DNA of 64,000 bases, taken from positions 1 to 64,000 of the IMG/VR virus record IMGVR_UViG_3300015262_000001; one strand, 5' to 3'. The notes beneath the pieces were generated by a model, which saw only the letters and a list, made by a program, of their open reading frames with translations, searched no databases and was not told where the DNA came from. Below, one piece after another: positions 56,116 through 64,000 of this stretch. Both the position numbers and the translations under genes were made by a program. How positions within the stretch are numbered: the first letter of the stretch is position 1; the number at the start of each line of letters is the position of its first letter.

Positions 56116-56796
56116 TTATACGACGCCGTGGGTTACAGACAGTTCAGAGATCACCGACACCGATCCGTCATCTACCGGAGTATCGTCGGTGTAGTCGACC
56201 TGGTTGTACACACCACCATGGAATTGAAGAACCTGACCTTGCCAGGAGGTATCCAGTTTCCATGCCATCTTGATCGACGGTACGCCATTGCACAGAACGT
56301 TGATCGACACCGACCCATTGGAAGTTACACCAATGCTGAGCTTAAACGTAGCGCCCAGAGGCACGTCGTTATGGATAACGGTATTGACGACGTCTGGTTT
56401 ATCGAAACTGCTACGGAACCCGACGGTGATTTGGCCTTTGTTCCAGAACACCTTCAGTGGCGGAGTAGTGGCATTTTTGACATGGATCTGCCCTACCACT
56501 ACTTTACCGGCCCAGTTGACTTTGCCAAGAGTAATCTCTTGACGACTCCAATGCCGAGCAGCGCTAGACAAGGACCAGTATTCCGGCTCTTTCCATTCGC
56601 AACGAGTACGTTTGGTGCTTTTGCTGGACGCCCCTTTTGTTGGAGCAGTGAACATTACAGAACCGCTGTCCCATTGGGTGATTACCGACGGGCATTGCAC
56701 CAAGGCAAGATCACCCATGAGTTCCAACGCCAAAGGGTTGGTATCCGAAACAGGCAGCGGCGTAGCAATGAGGAACTTAGTGATATCAACTGACAT
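56116..56796 (-). CDS. Polysaccharide lyase family 7 (alginate lyase-like)
   Basis: RCEWKE (R-x-E-L-R variant), GQIH and FHGGVYNQ (YFKAGxY variant). By eye it is colinear with recalled Pseudomonas PL7 lyases. GGAG SD, no signal peptide. Confidence 0.85.
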   Translation of the reverse strand: MSVDITKFLIATPLPVSDTNPLALELMGDLALVQCPSVITQWDSGSVMFTAPTKGASSKSTKRTRCEWKEPEYWSLSSAARHWSRQEITLGKVNWAGKVVVGQIHVKNATTPPLKVFWNKGQITVGFRSSFDKPDVVNTVIHNDVPLGATFKLSIGVTSNGSVSINVLCNGVPSIKMAWKLDTSWQGQVLQFHGGVYNQVDYTDDTPVDDGSVSVISELSVTHGVV

Positions 56797-56816
56797 GATG
56801 TCTCCAGGAAGTTGGT

Positions 56817-59800
56817 TTATGCGGCACGCTTACGTTCCCGCAGCATGCGTTTAGCCCGTTCGAGTTTAGCTTCTTCGATCAGACTGTCTACGGTGAGGAG
56901 TTTAGCCGTTTCAACTGGGAGCAATCTGCTGAGCTTGTTGATCTCAGCTTCCAGCCTCATGGCGAGGATATTGTCGTTGGTGTTCAACAACTCTTCCGTC
57001 AACCCATTCACGCGTTTCTTGATGTTGTCCAAGAACGATACAACACTTGGATCCACTTCAGGAGCGTTCTTGTGTTTACCGGCATCCAGTAGGTTACGAG
57101 TTTCCGTTAACGCAATCCCGGTAGGAATCCCGTACATCGGCTTGTTCATACCCAGCTTGATAAACCAGTACGTTAACAACCAGGCAATAACCAAGTCATC
57201 GTGCTGTTTGCTATCGTGGTCGATTCGATCGCCCCGAGTCTTGAGGTTGATCAGCTCATCTGCAAGCCTATCGTAGTGCAGACCATACCCGGTGTTACCC
57301 ACAGCCTCCTGAATCAAGCCGTACAGAACCTGACGAGACGTTTGTGTCGTCACGAACCCGAAGTACTGCTTGTATTTCAGGTAGAAGCTTTTACTGCGAT
57401 GGGCAAACTTGGTATGCTGTACCGCCTCGTACTCCTTCGCATGGTTAACAGGATCCTGGAAGACCGTGTTGTAGATGCGAGTGAATGGATCCATCCCTTT
57501 AGCTGGTAGCATGACCAACAGGTTATCGATCATGTGGTGTGCGTAGTTACGTTCAATCACCAACAGACTGTTCTCGAAGGTAGACAACATGTCTACGATA
57601 ATGCCCGTCACGTCGTCCAGGAACGCCAACTGATAACGACCCACCCCAATCACCTTACCGGTTCGCATGCTGCGGATAATCAGCGTACAGGCATCCTTGT
57701 TGATAGCCGACGAGGTATCCACCCCAATGAGGAAGAAGTCATTGTAACTCTTCTTCGCCATCTCCAGCAGTTCTTGCTGCGTGACAAAGAAGTCTATAAA
57801 CAGACCACTGTCACGATACTCCTTACTCCAAACCTTATCCCGCTTAACGTTGTTGATCGCTTCACGAGTGATGTCATCGAACACACGGTTCTCACCGTCT
57901 TCAACCCACATCAGAAGCAAGTCGATTTTGGCTTTAGCCAAACTGAGGTTCAAGCTGTCGATGGTTTCCTGTACCCAGGACTTGTCTTTACCCAGCTGCA
58001 AGAAGTTATACACCAGAGCCACAGATGGAGAAGTGGTCTTCTTCGGAGATGCTTTCAACAAGCGCATCTTCAGGTGACTTTCACTGTACGAGTCAAAGAA
58101 CTTCTCACGCCACTCAGTCGACGTCATCAGTTTCTCAAACATGAACGCGCCACTTGGGTGCAGGGTCGTGTTTGGTGTCGTGATGTAACTGATCCCGTAA
58201 GGAATACCACTATCGCGACAAATCTCCATCTCTGTCAAAGCAGAAGGAGAGCATCCGTTGATGATCGCCTCGATCCAGTTGATGTAACCAGGCTCGTCGT
58301 AGTTCGTGGTACCTACCGTGAGACCCCGTCCAAGGTCACCTGCGGCGTCTTCACCCATCTGGGGTACCGAGATGGTCAGGGTGTTAACGTGCTCCTCCCC
58401 AAACGCTTTATACGTCAGGTAGTTACCCGCATCCTTGTCCTTCCAGGTGGGGTTAACCAGGTACTTCGGCAGACAGGTTCTGATTTTCTTGATGGCATCG
58501 ATGAACTGAGCCCGGTTATCTGACTTCAACGTTACCAGGTGAGACTTGTAGCCTCGCCCCATGATGTACGTCAGCCAGAAAGCAATAACCTGTACCGATA
58601 CTGTGTTGTGAGTTACCAGGAAGTCATCGGTAACGTAGAGGTGTTCCTCGTTATCGACCTCGATACAGGTACAAGGGGCTTCACCGTGATACTCAATGCG
58701 TTCCACAAACAAACGGTTATCGAAAACGAACTCGTCCTCAACATGCTTGTATTTAAACAACGCCATCGAATGCGGCAAGGTTACAGTGATCTTGCTACCA
58801 GCCTTGGAAGCCGTACCGCCCAAACTCCGCGCCAGGTATTGAACATGACCGCCTACGAGTCTGCTAGTGGTGCTGTAGACCACACCCTCCTCACCGACTA
58901 TCCCTTGGTCCAGAAACGCTTGCAGTACAGCCAGCCGATCTTCCAGAGCCCCTTCCAGGTAGTTAGACGGCAGACCCAGGTCTGGATCGAAGGTAATCTT
59001 GACATTCTCGTCAGTCGAGTGGATCTCACGACGATTACCCTTCTTCACCAGCTCTAAACTTTCAGGCAGGTTATTCTCAATCCAGGCGTCAGCCGCTTCG
59101 GAGACCTTCTTGATCAGGATGAAGCCACCAATACGCTGACCGCCAATTAGTGTCCCCATCACATAAGGGTCAATCGCCAAGTTCTTGGCAACGCCCTTCT
59201 CCGCTTCAATCAGCGGGAACTCAAGCTTTACACCATCCTTGAGTTTGGTGATCATCTCGGCGGTGGTGTAGTCGTCCCAGATTGGATCATCGTTAACTAC
59301 ACGACTGTGGTCTGCTAAAGTCCAGAGGTGTTCAGGTCCAGCAGTCACATGACGACCATCACTGGCGTAAACACGGTACAAGCGTTTGATACCCTGAGCG
59401 TGGATACCGATGACTGTCGATGGGTTACCATAACGGTCAATGACTTGATCACCAGCTTGCAGGTCGCCAATTCGTACCCAGGTCCCATCTGCTTTACGCA
59501 CCTTGTCATTATCGTCCTGGTACTTGCCCTGCTGACGAGGCATGATCATGTACTGGGTGATGTGGTTCAGGTAGTTCCAGATGAAACTGACGTTACCGCG
59601 ATTCGCCAAGAACTGGCGGTCAGCACGCAGTTTACAAACCTCACGAAGGAAGTACCAGAAGTTGGTCTCCGATTCGTGCATGATCATGACCTTCTGTTCG
59701 TTGGTCAGATTCTCGTCGTAAGGGTCTACACCTACCAAGGCCGGATTGTTCAGTTGCAGTAGGAAGTAGTAGTTCTTGATACCCTGCTGCCGGAAGATCT

Positions 59801-60101
59801 CAGCAGTTCGCAGAAAGCTGGTATTACGGGTGGTCAGATCCGGGGCTGCCTTGTAACGAGCAAAGTCCTTGAGGAATCTAACCGTTTTGATCTTGCTCAG
59901 GCTGTCTTCATTGAAGTGAGCCATGACCAGTTCGTCTTCAGTACGCTTAGCCCAGTCCACGCGGTTCTTGCGATCGTCGATCAATTCAGGTGGTAGGTTT
60001 TGTGCACCCAGATAAGTGATCAGTTCTTTTGCAAACTTCAGTTGGCCTTCGTCTACAGTACTTTCTGATTCAATCGTGTCCATGATAGGTTCCCATTGCA
60101 C
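56817..60101 (-). CDS. terL: Terminase large subunit with an intein (start may be 60083)
   Basis: Walker A PRQQGK|T, Walker B TNYDE, TTP motif III and nuclease GVDTSS...DDLVIA. Confidence 0.93.
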   Translation of the reverse strand: MQWEPIMDTIESESTVDEGQLKFAKELITYLGAQNLPPELIDDRKNRVDWAKRTEDELVMAHFNEDSLSKIKTVRFLKDFARYKAAPDLTTRNTSFLRTAEIFRQQGIKNYYFLLQLNNPALVGVDPYDENLTNEQKVMIMHESETNFWYFLREVCKLRADRQFLANRGNVSFIWNYLNHITQYMIMPRQQGKYQDDNDKVRKADGTWVRIGDLQAGDQVIDRYGNPSTVIGIHAQGIKRLYRVYASDGRHVTAGPEHLWTLADHSRVVNDDPIWDDYTTAEMITKLKDGVKLEFPLIEAEKGVAKNLAIDPYVMGTLIGGQRIGGFILIKKVSEAADAWIENNLPESLELVKKGNRREIHSTDENVKITFDPDLGLPSNYLEGALEDRLAVLQAFLDQGIVGEEGVVYSTTSRLVGGHVQYLARSLGGTASKAGSKITVTLPHSMALFKYKHVEDEFVFDNRLFVERIEYHGEAPCTCIEVDNEEHLYVTDDFLVTHNTVSVQVIAFWLTYIMGRGYKSHLVTLKSDNRAQFIDAIKKIRTCLPKYLVNPTWKDKDAGNYLTYKAFGEEHVNTLTISVPQMGEDAAGDLGRGLTVGTTNYDEPGYINWIEAIINGCSPSALTEMEICRDSGIPYGISYITTPNTTLHPSGAFMFEKLMTSTEWREKFFDSYSESHLKMRLLKASPKKTTSPSVALVYNFLQLGKDKSWVQETIDSLNLSLAKAKIDLLLMWVEDGENRVFDDITREAINNVKRDKVWSKEYRDSGLFIDFFVTQQELLEMAKKSYNDFFLIGVDTSSAINKDACTLIIRSMRTGKVIGVGRYQLAFLDDVTGIIVDMLSTFENSLLVIERNYAHHMIDNLLVMLPAKGMDPFTRIYNTVFQDPVNHAKEYEAVQHTKFAHRSKSFYLKYKQYFGFVTTQTSRQVLYGLIQEAVGNTGYGLHYDRLADELINLKTRGDRIDHDSKQHDDLVIAWLLTYWFIKLGMNKPMYGIPTGIALTETRNLLDAGKHKNAPEVDPSVVSFLDNIKKRVNGLTEELLNTNDNILAMRLEAEINKLSRLLPVETAKLLTVDSLIEEAKLERAKRMLRERKRAA
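58605..59522 (-). mobile_element. Class-3 intein (306 aa) in the TerL P-loop with a degenerate LAGLIDADG region
   Basis: Begins YQDDNDKV and ends FLVTHN|T; block-B GPEHLW, block-F CTCIEV and block-G THN. Confidence 0.9.
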
Positions 60102-60138
60102 ATATCAAAAAAATAAAGATAACTCGTTGAAAATAAAG

Positions 60139-60166
60139 CAGGCCCAGGGTGTTACCCCCAGGCCTG
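60139..60166 (-). terminator. Terminator of the GGGTGTTACCC-loop family upstream of terL
   Basis: CAGGCC...GGG-TGTTA-CCC...GGCCTG, then TTTATTTT on the minus strand. Confidence 0.7.
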
Positions 60167-60181
60167 TTGTAACGACGTTGC

Positions 60182-60373
60182 TTACTCGGCTACCACTTCC
60201 TTGAGACGTTCGTAGCTCGCCACAGCACGGTCGTCGTAGATCAGCACTTGACGGCTTTCACCGTTTTGCAGCGTGAACTCTTCGATCGCTTTGTCGGTTG
60301 CTACGTTGAATACCTTGACAACGACTTCCTTGTTGTCAGCACAGTGAGCGTCCACTTTAACTTGCGAGGTCAT
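60182..60373 (-). CDS. Small beta-rich hypothetical protein
   Basis: 63 aa, GGAG SD, highly expressed codon bias, followed by a terminator. Confidence 0.7.
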   Translation of the reverse strand: MTSQVKVDAHCADNKEVVVKVFNVATDKAIEEFTLQNGESRQVLIYDDRAVASYERLKEVVAE

Positions 60374-60405
60374 ACATTTCTCCGGTTACGGATTGAGGTA
60401 TAACA

Positions 60406-62127
60406 TTAAGGCGCCAGCTCCACTGTTACACCGGTCATGCCGAGTTGCAGCTCAACACCAGACACCGACTTATTGATCCAGTTGATGTACCAGGTCTTGC
60501 CCTTCTGCATGGCAATGGTGATCGCGTTGTTTTGATTCCAGGCGGTAACCGGGAAACGCCACTTACGGCCATCTTCATGCATCAGATCGAAGTGTGTCGG
60601 GGTTGGTGCCTTGTCTTCGTTGAAGACATCGTAGCTCGGGTAAACCGACCAGTACATAACGTCCAGCCACTCATCCTGCGCATCCTGACCGTTAACGAGA
60701 CTGAACGTGGTGTTAACCCCGTTGTTGTTCGCCACGACATTCAGTGCAGTGTAAGACGGCTTACCGTAGGAGTAGTTGACACTCCAGCGATTGCCCGGGC
60801 CGTTGACATCCTTCAGCAGCACAATCTCGGTATGCTGAATGAACGGCACACTTTCGTACGTCGGGGCGACGTCCTTGAGATTGATGTTGAAGATGAGTGC
60901 CTGTGCCAGGCCGTACGCGGACGGCTTGTAGACCGGGCTCTTGTCGTTGTAAGTAACAACGGCAGTGACGTCGGTAAACGTCTTGCGATCCAAGTCGTAC
61001 AGGTAGTGCTGCAACCGGTAGCCGTTCTGCGTCGCGTCCCATTGAGGATAGGTGAAGATCCGTGGGCTGTAAGCACCCTTGGCTGCACCGGCCTCGAAGG
61101 TATACGTGTGACGGGCAAAGTCCGGGTTACCAGGCTGGGCGACATCGTGCTGTTCGTTAGCCGCCAATTTCTTGACCAGCACCACATCAGCAGTTTGACC
61201 TGGGAACTTCGGACGATACTCAGTTACCCCGTACAGGCTGTATTCACCGCCATTGACCGCAGCAGGTTCAGAAGTCGAACCGTCAGAGTAATGCGTAACC
61301 GCACGCAGCTCGACTGCCGACAACTGGACGTTAACCGGGATGATCAAACGATCACGATCGGTAACGTGTGTGAACCATGGCGACAACAGCTCAACACTGG
61401 TAACGTACTTGACACCGATGTTGTGGTCTTTCATGTACGACGAATGCTGAACCATCAACGGCTGAGCAGGCGGGATGAAGTTGTTACCCTCATCGAAGAA
61501 CACCAGCCAGGCGCGAGTGCCATCTGGCAGGGCCAGGTCGTTCTTGGTAACACTGAACGGACCAGTGGTCATGATCGACTTGTTCGTGTACTCGTTGATC
61601 AAGGCCAGTTTGACTGGAACCTTCTTGCTGATCATGTTCAACGATTGATCGTACTGAGCCGAGATGATATTCGACTCCACAGCAGAGCTACCCAGGTACA
61701 CAAACGCGTACGCTGCACCTGGGCGCATGATGGTGGCATCCACACGCGCCACGTTTGGACGGACCGAGTAATCGATCGACAGCAGCGCTTCACCAGCCAT
61801 TGGACCGCCACGGAGCCCGTAGATGTAGTCCTGATCACTGGTAGTCCCTTCATCAGCGTTCTGCAAGCGCCAAGGCACCAGCGTCGACTTCAGGGTAGCC
61901 TGCCAATCCACTTTAGCCACAAAGTAGATCATGCCGTTAGGGGTGTCGAACACCAACTCCCCTTCTTGCGGAACCACATACTTCGTCAGGTCACTAGGCG
62001 GATGGATGTCCGGGTCGTAGACGTTTTCGATGTAGTGGAAGTTCTTGCGCTCACCGGTGTTGAGGGGACTGATGTTCGTCCCCGCAACCGCAGCAATCGC
62101 GTTAGACAACGGCGACTGGTCAAACAT
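60406..62127 (-). CDS. Virion tail/baseplate structural protein with Ig-like segments
   Basis: 573 aa, beta-rich; VELRAVTHYSDG resembles bacterial Ig-like repeats. GAGG SD. Confidence 0.6.
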   Translation of the reverse strand: MFDQSPLSNAIAAVAGTNISPLNTGERKNFHYIENVYDPDIHPPSDLTKYVVPQEGELVFDTPNGMIYFVAKVDWQATLKSTLVPWRLQNADEGTTSDQDYIYGLRGGPMAGEALLSIDYSVRPNVARVDATIMRPGAAYAFVYLGSSAVESNIISAQYDQSLNMISKKVPVKLALINEYTNKSIMTTGPFSVTKNDLALPDGTRAWLVFFDEGNNFIPPAQPLMVQHSSYMKDHNIGVKYVTSVELLSPWFTHVTDRDRLIIPVNVQLSAVELRAVTHYSDGSTSEPAAVNGGEYSLYGVTEYRPKFPGQTADVVLVKKLAANEQHDVAQPGNPDFARHTYTFEAGAAKGAYSPRIFTYPQWDATQNGYRLQHYLYDLDRKTFTDVTAVVTYNDKSPVYKPSAYGLAQALIFNINLKDVAPTYESVPFIQHTEIVLLKDVNGPGNRWSVNYSYGKPSYTALNVVANNNGVNTTFSLVNGQDAQDEWLDVMYWSVYPSYDVFNEDKAPTPTHFDLMHEDGRKWRFPVTAWNQNNAITIAMQKGKTWYINWINKSVSGVELQLGMTGVTVELAP

Positions 62128-64000
62128 TGTTGTTCACCTCAAAATAGCCTTCAATCACGCAGACCGACTCCAGGTAGAGATCGTTGACCTGTTTGAAGAA
62201 GATGAGTTCCTTATCCGACACGGTAAGTTTACCGTAGTTAGCAAACGGGGTAATGGCAAAGTAACGACGGTCATACTTGAGGTTAACGGGGTCGTACTTC
62301 AACCACCAGGTGTAGGCTTTAACCGCATCCTTGACATCCTGGTCGCTGTAGTAGGTATCTCCGCTAGACTGGTTGGGCAACTGGATCAGACCGTTAAGCA
62401 CACCGTTTACCACCACGTTCAAGAACGGGCTGTACAAACGGTACTTGTCTTGCAGGTTCGAGATCACCTCAATACCACTGCCGTCTGGACGATGAGGATC
62501 CCCATTCTCCCAGTCAATCTCTTCAGCATTGGTTTGCGGCTTAGGTAGCCACAAGGTGAGATAATCACTTACACGTTGGTCCGTCTCACGACTGCGCTCG
62601 CGATAAGGCAGCTCATCGTGGTCTTCAACAAACCGGATCGGACACCAGTGGTGCTTAACCATGTACGGCTTACCGTTCAACGGGTTACCGATGTCATCCG
62701 GAACTTCTCGCTCTGCCCGTGGAACTTCATCGGTCAGGTAAAGGGCTCCATTAATAACCGTACGAGTAACTCGATCGCCCCGCAGATTATAACGATCAAC
62801 GCGGCCGATAACGCCACCATCCACAAATCCGAGTTCGGTGTCAGAGTTCGGCAAAACCACAGTTTTATCCAGACCCATCGCCCGGACCGTGATGGTTTGA
62901 GGACCGTCAACGAGGAACTCTTTGTTGTTGATGTAGCAGTATTGGTCTTCATAAATCCAATCTACCTTGTCAACCAACGGATGCCCGTTAAGCCAGATGT
63001 CGATCTGTGCCCAGGTCAACCCAGTGAGGTGTCCGCCATCTTCGTAAATATCCGTGATGGCAAACGCCAAGCTGTGGTCCAAATGCTCCAACTGGAACTG
63101 GTAGCCCAGGATCTTCTTGTTGCTGATCAGAATGCCACGTTTGTTTACCCGGTCCAGTCCTTTCCACACCAGCACACCGTCTTCAACACGGTACATGGCA
63201 GGATCACCTGTCACGTTGGTCCACGCACCGATGATCTGACCGATGTTGACGTTCCACGAAGCGGTGTAGACCTGGTAATCCCAGTCCTTGGAAATCTCAA
63301 CGTCCTGGTTGGTCACAAGCATGTCAATGTCACGACCGGTAGAACCCATGGTGAACTCTACCATGGCACAGGCTGGATTGTTCGGCGAGTAATACATGAT
63401 CCCACTCATGTTCCGCCATTCCAGGAGCTGACCGTTCTCATCATGTTCCCAGGCTGTACAAGCCTCCTGGTAGGTCACAGGGATGTCGACACCCCGACTA
63501 CCCAGCAGATAGGTCGCTCGTACCGGCGTCTCGCTCAGAACGCGTGTGGCAGCGTTGTAGCCTACCGACAGGATCGCATCCTCGCGCTTAACGTTCTTCC
63601 ACTGCTTACGCAGCAACTGCAAGACCGGACCTTGTTCCAATTGCTTGGCCGTCCATTCCGGCATGTTGGCTCGAGCGTCGACCATGGCTCGCATGATATC
63701 GATGTCAGGCATCCGGTACAGGTAACGAATGCGCTGATGCTCATGAGGCCACTGGAAGGTCCAGGCAGTCTTGCGAATCAACACCAGGATCCGGCAGTCC
63801 AATGGATCGGACAAATCAGGATGGTATTCGGTCATCGCTTGAATCACGTCATCCGCAATCGCCACATCCACATGAGTCAGCTGACGAATAGTCTTCTCAT
63901 CATTGCGATGGAGATAAAGACCACGACGTTGACCACCCATGAGGAAGTAATCGTTGTCGTCGAAGTAACGGATGGTGAAGTCACCCTTGATCTTTGGTGG
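62120..64000 (-). CDS. Large virion structural protein, 5' end beyond the right edge
   Basis: The frame stays open from 63940 to 64000 (PPKIKGDFTIRYFDDNDYFL-MGG...), so the ORF-track start is not the real start. Confidence 0.75.
   Translation of the reverse strand, partial: PPKIKGDFTIRYFDDNDYFLMGGQRRGLYLHRNDEKTIRQLTHVDVAIADDVIQAMTEYHPDLSDPLDCRILVLIRKTAWTFQWPHEHQRIRYLYRMPDIDIMRAMVDARANMPEWTAKQLEQGPVLQLLRKQWKNVKREDAILSVGYNAATRVLSETPVRATYLLGSRGVDIPVTYQEACTAWEHDENGQLLEWRNMSGIMYYSPNNPACAMVEFTMGSTGRDIDMLVTNQDVEISKDWDYQVYTASWNVNIGQIIGAWTNVTGDPAMYRVEDGVLVWKGLDRVNKRGILISNKKILGYQFQLEHLDHSLAFAITDIYEDGGHLTGLTWAQIDIWLNGHPLVDKVDWIYEDQYCYINNKEFLVDGPQTITVRAMGLDKTVVLPNSDTELGFVDGGVIGRVDRYNLRGDRVTRTVINGALYLTDEVPRAEREVPDDIGNPLNGKPYMVKHHWCPIRFVEDHDELPYRERSRETDQRVSDYLTLWLPKPQTNAEEIDWENGDPHRPDGSGIEVISNLQDKYRLYSPFLNVVVNGVLNGLIQLPNQSSGDTYYSDQDVKDAVKAYTWWLKYDPVNLKYDRRYFAITPFANYGKLTVSDKELIFFKQVNDLYLESVCVIEGYFEVNNNV

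Noticed and set aside
53778-62187. Antisense ORFs of 444 aa (53778..55112), 329 aa (57534..58523) and 580 aa (60445..62187)
   Set aside because: Each lies almost entirely opposite a well-supported gene and has no recognisable domain.
1-64000. CRISPR array, rRNA, tRNA, transposase or self-splicing intron
   Set aside because: No regularly spaced direct repeats, RNA-gene signatures, transposase motifs or interrupted reading frames were seen by eye. A tRNAscan/Infernal run would be needed to exclude divergent RNAs.

Overview
This window is part of a phiKZ-like, nucleus-forming jumbo phage genome (Chimalliviridae), probably with a Pseudomonas host. Most genes are on the minus strand. From left to right it holds: (1) a virion head and baseplate block; (2) the exonuclease half of a split family-B DNA polymerase; (3) a putative tail-chaperone gene pair joined by a candidate -1 frameshift; (4) one virion RNAP beta' subunit; (5) an SF2 helicase with an intein; (6) non-virion RNAP subunits plus putative PicA, ChmC and an SbcD nuclease; (7) chimallin; (8) the second DNA polymerase half; (9) small accessory genes and the tubulin PhuZ; (10) a tandem pair of HslV-like genes; (11) a degenerate thymidylate-kinase-like gene and a PL7 alginate lyase; (12) the large terminase with an intein and two tail/baseplate genes. 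Intergenic DNA carries a recurring 18-nt early-promoter motif and several sequence-related terminator hairpins. Homologue names and phiKZ gene numbers come from motifs read in the translations and from recalled gene order; no database search was run. The most interesting observations are the candidate frameshift at 15587-15593, the active/inactive HslV-like pair, the PL7 lyase behind terL, the Tyr1 class-3 intein, the Tmk-like pseudokinase, the M48-type protease among virion genes and two candidate structured RNAs. No tRNA, rRNA or CRISPR array was seen.
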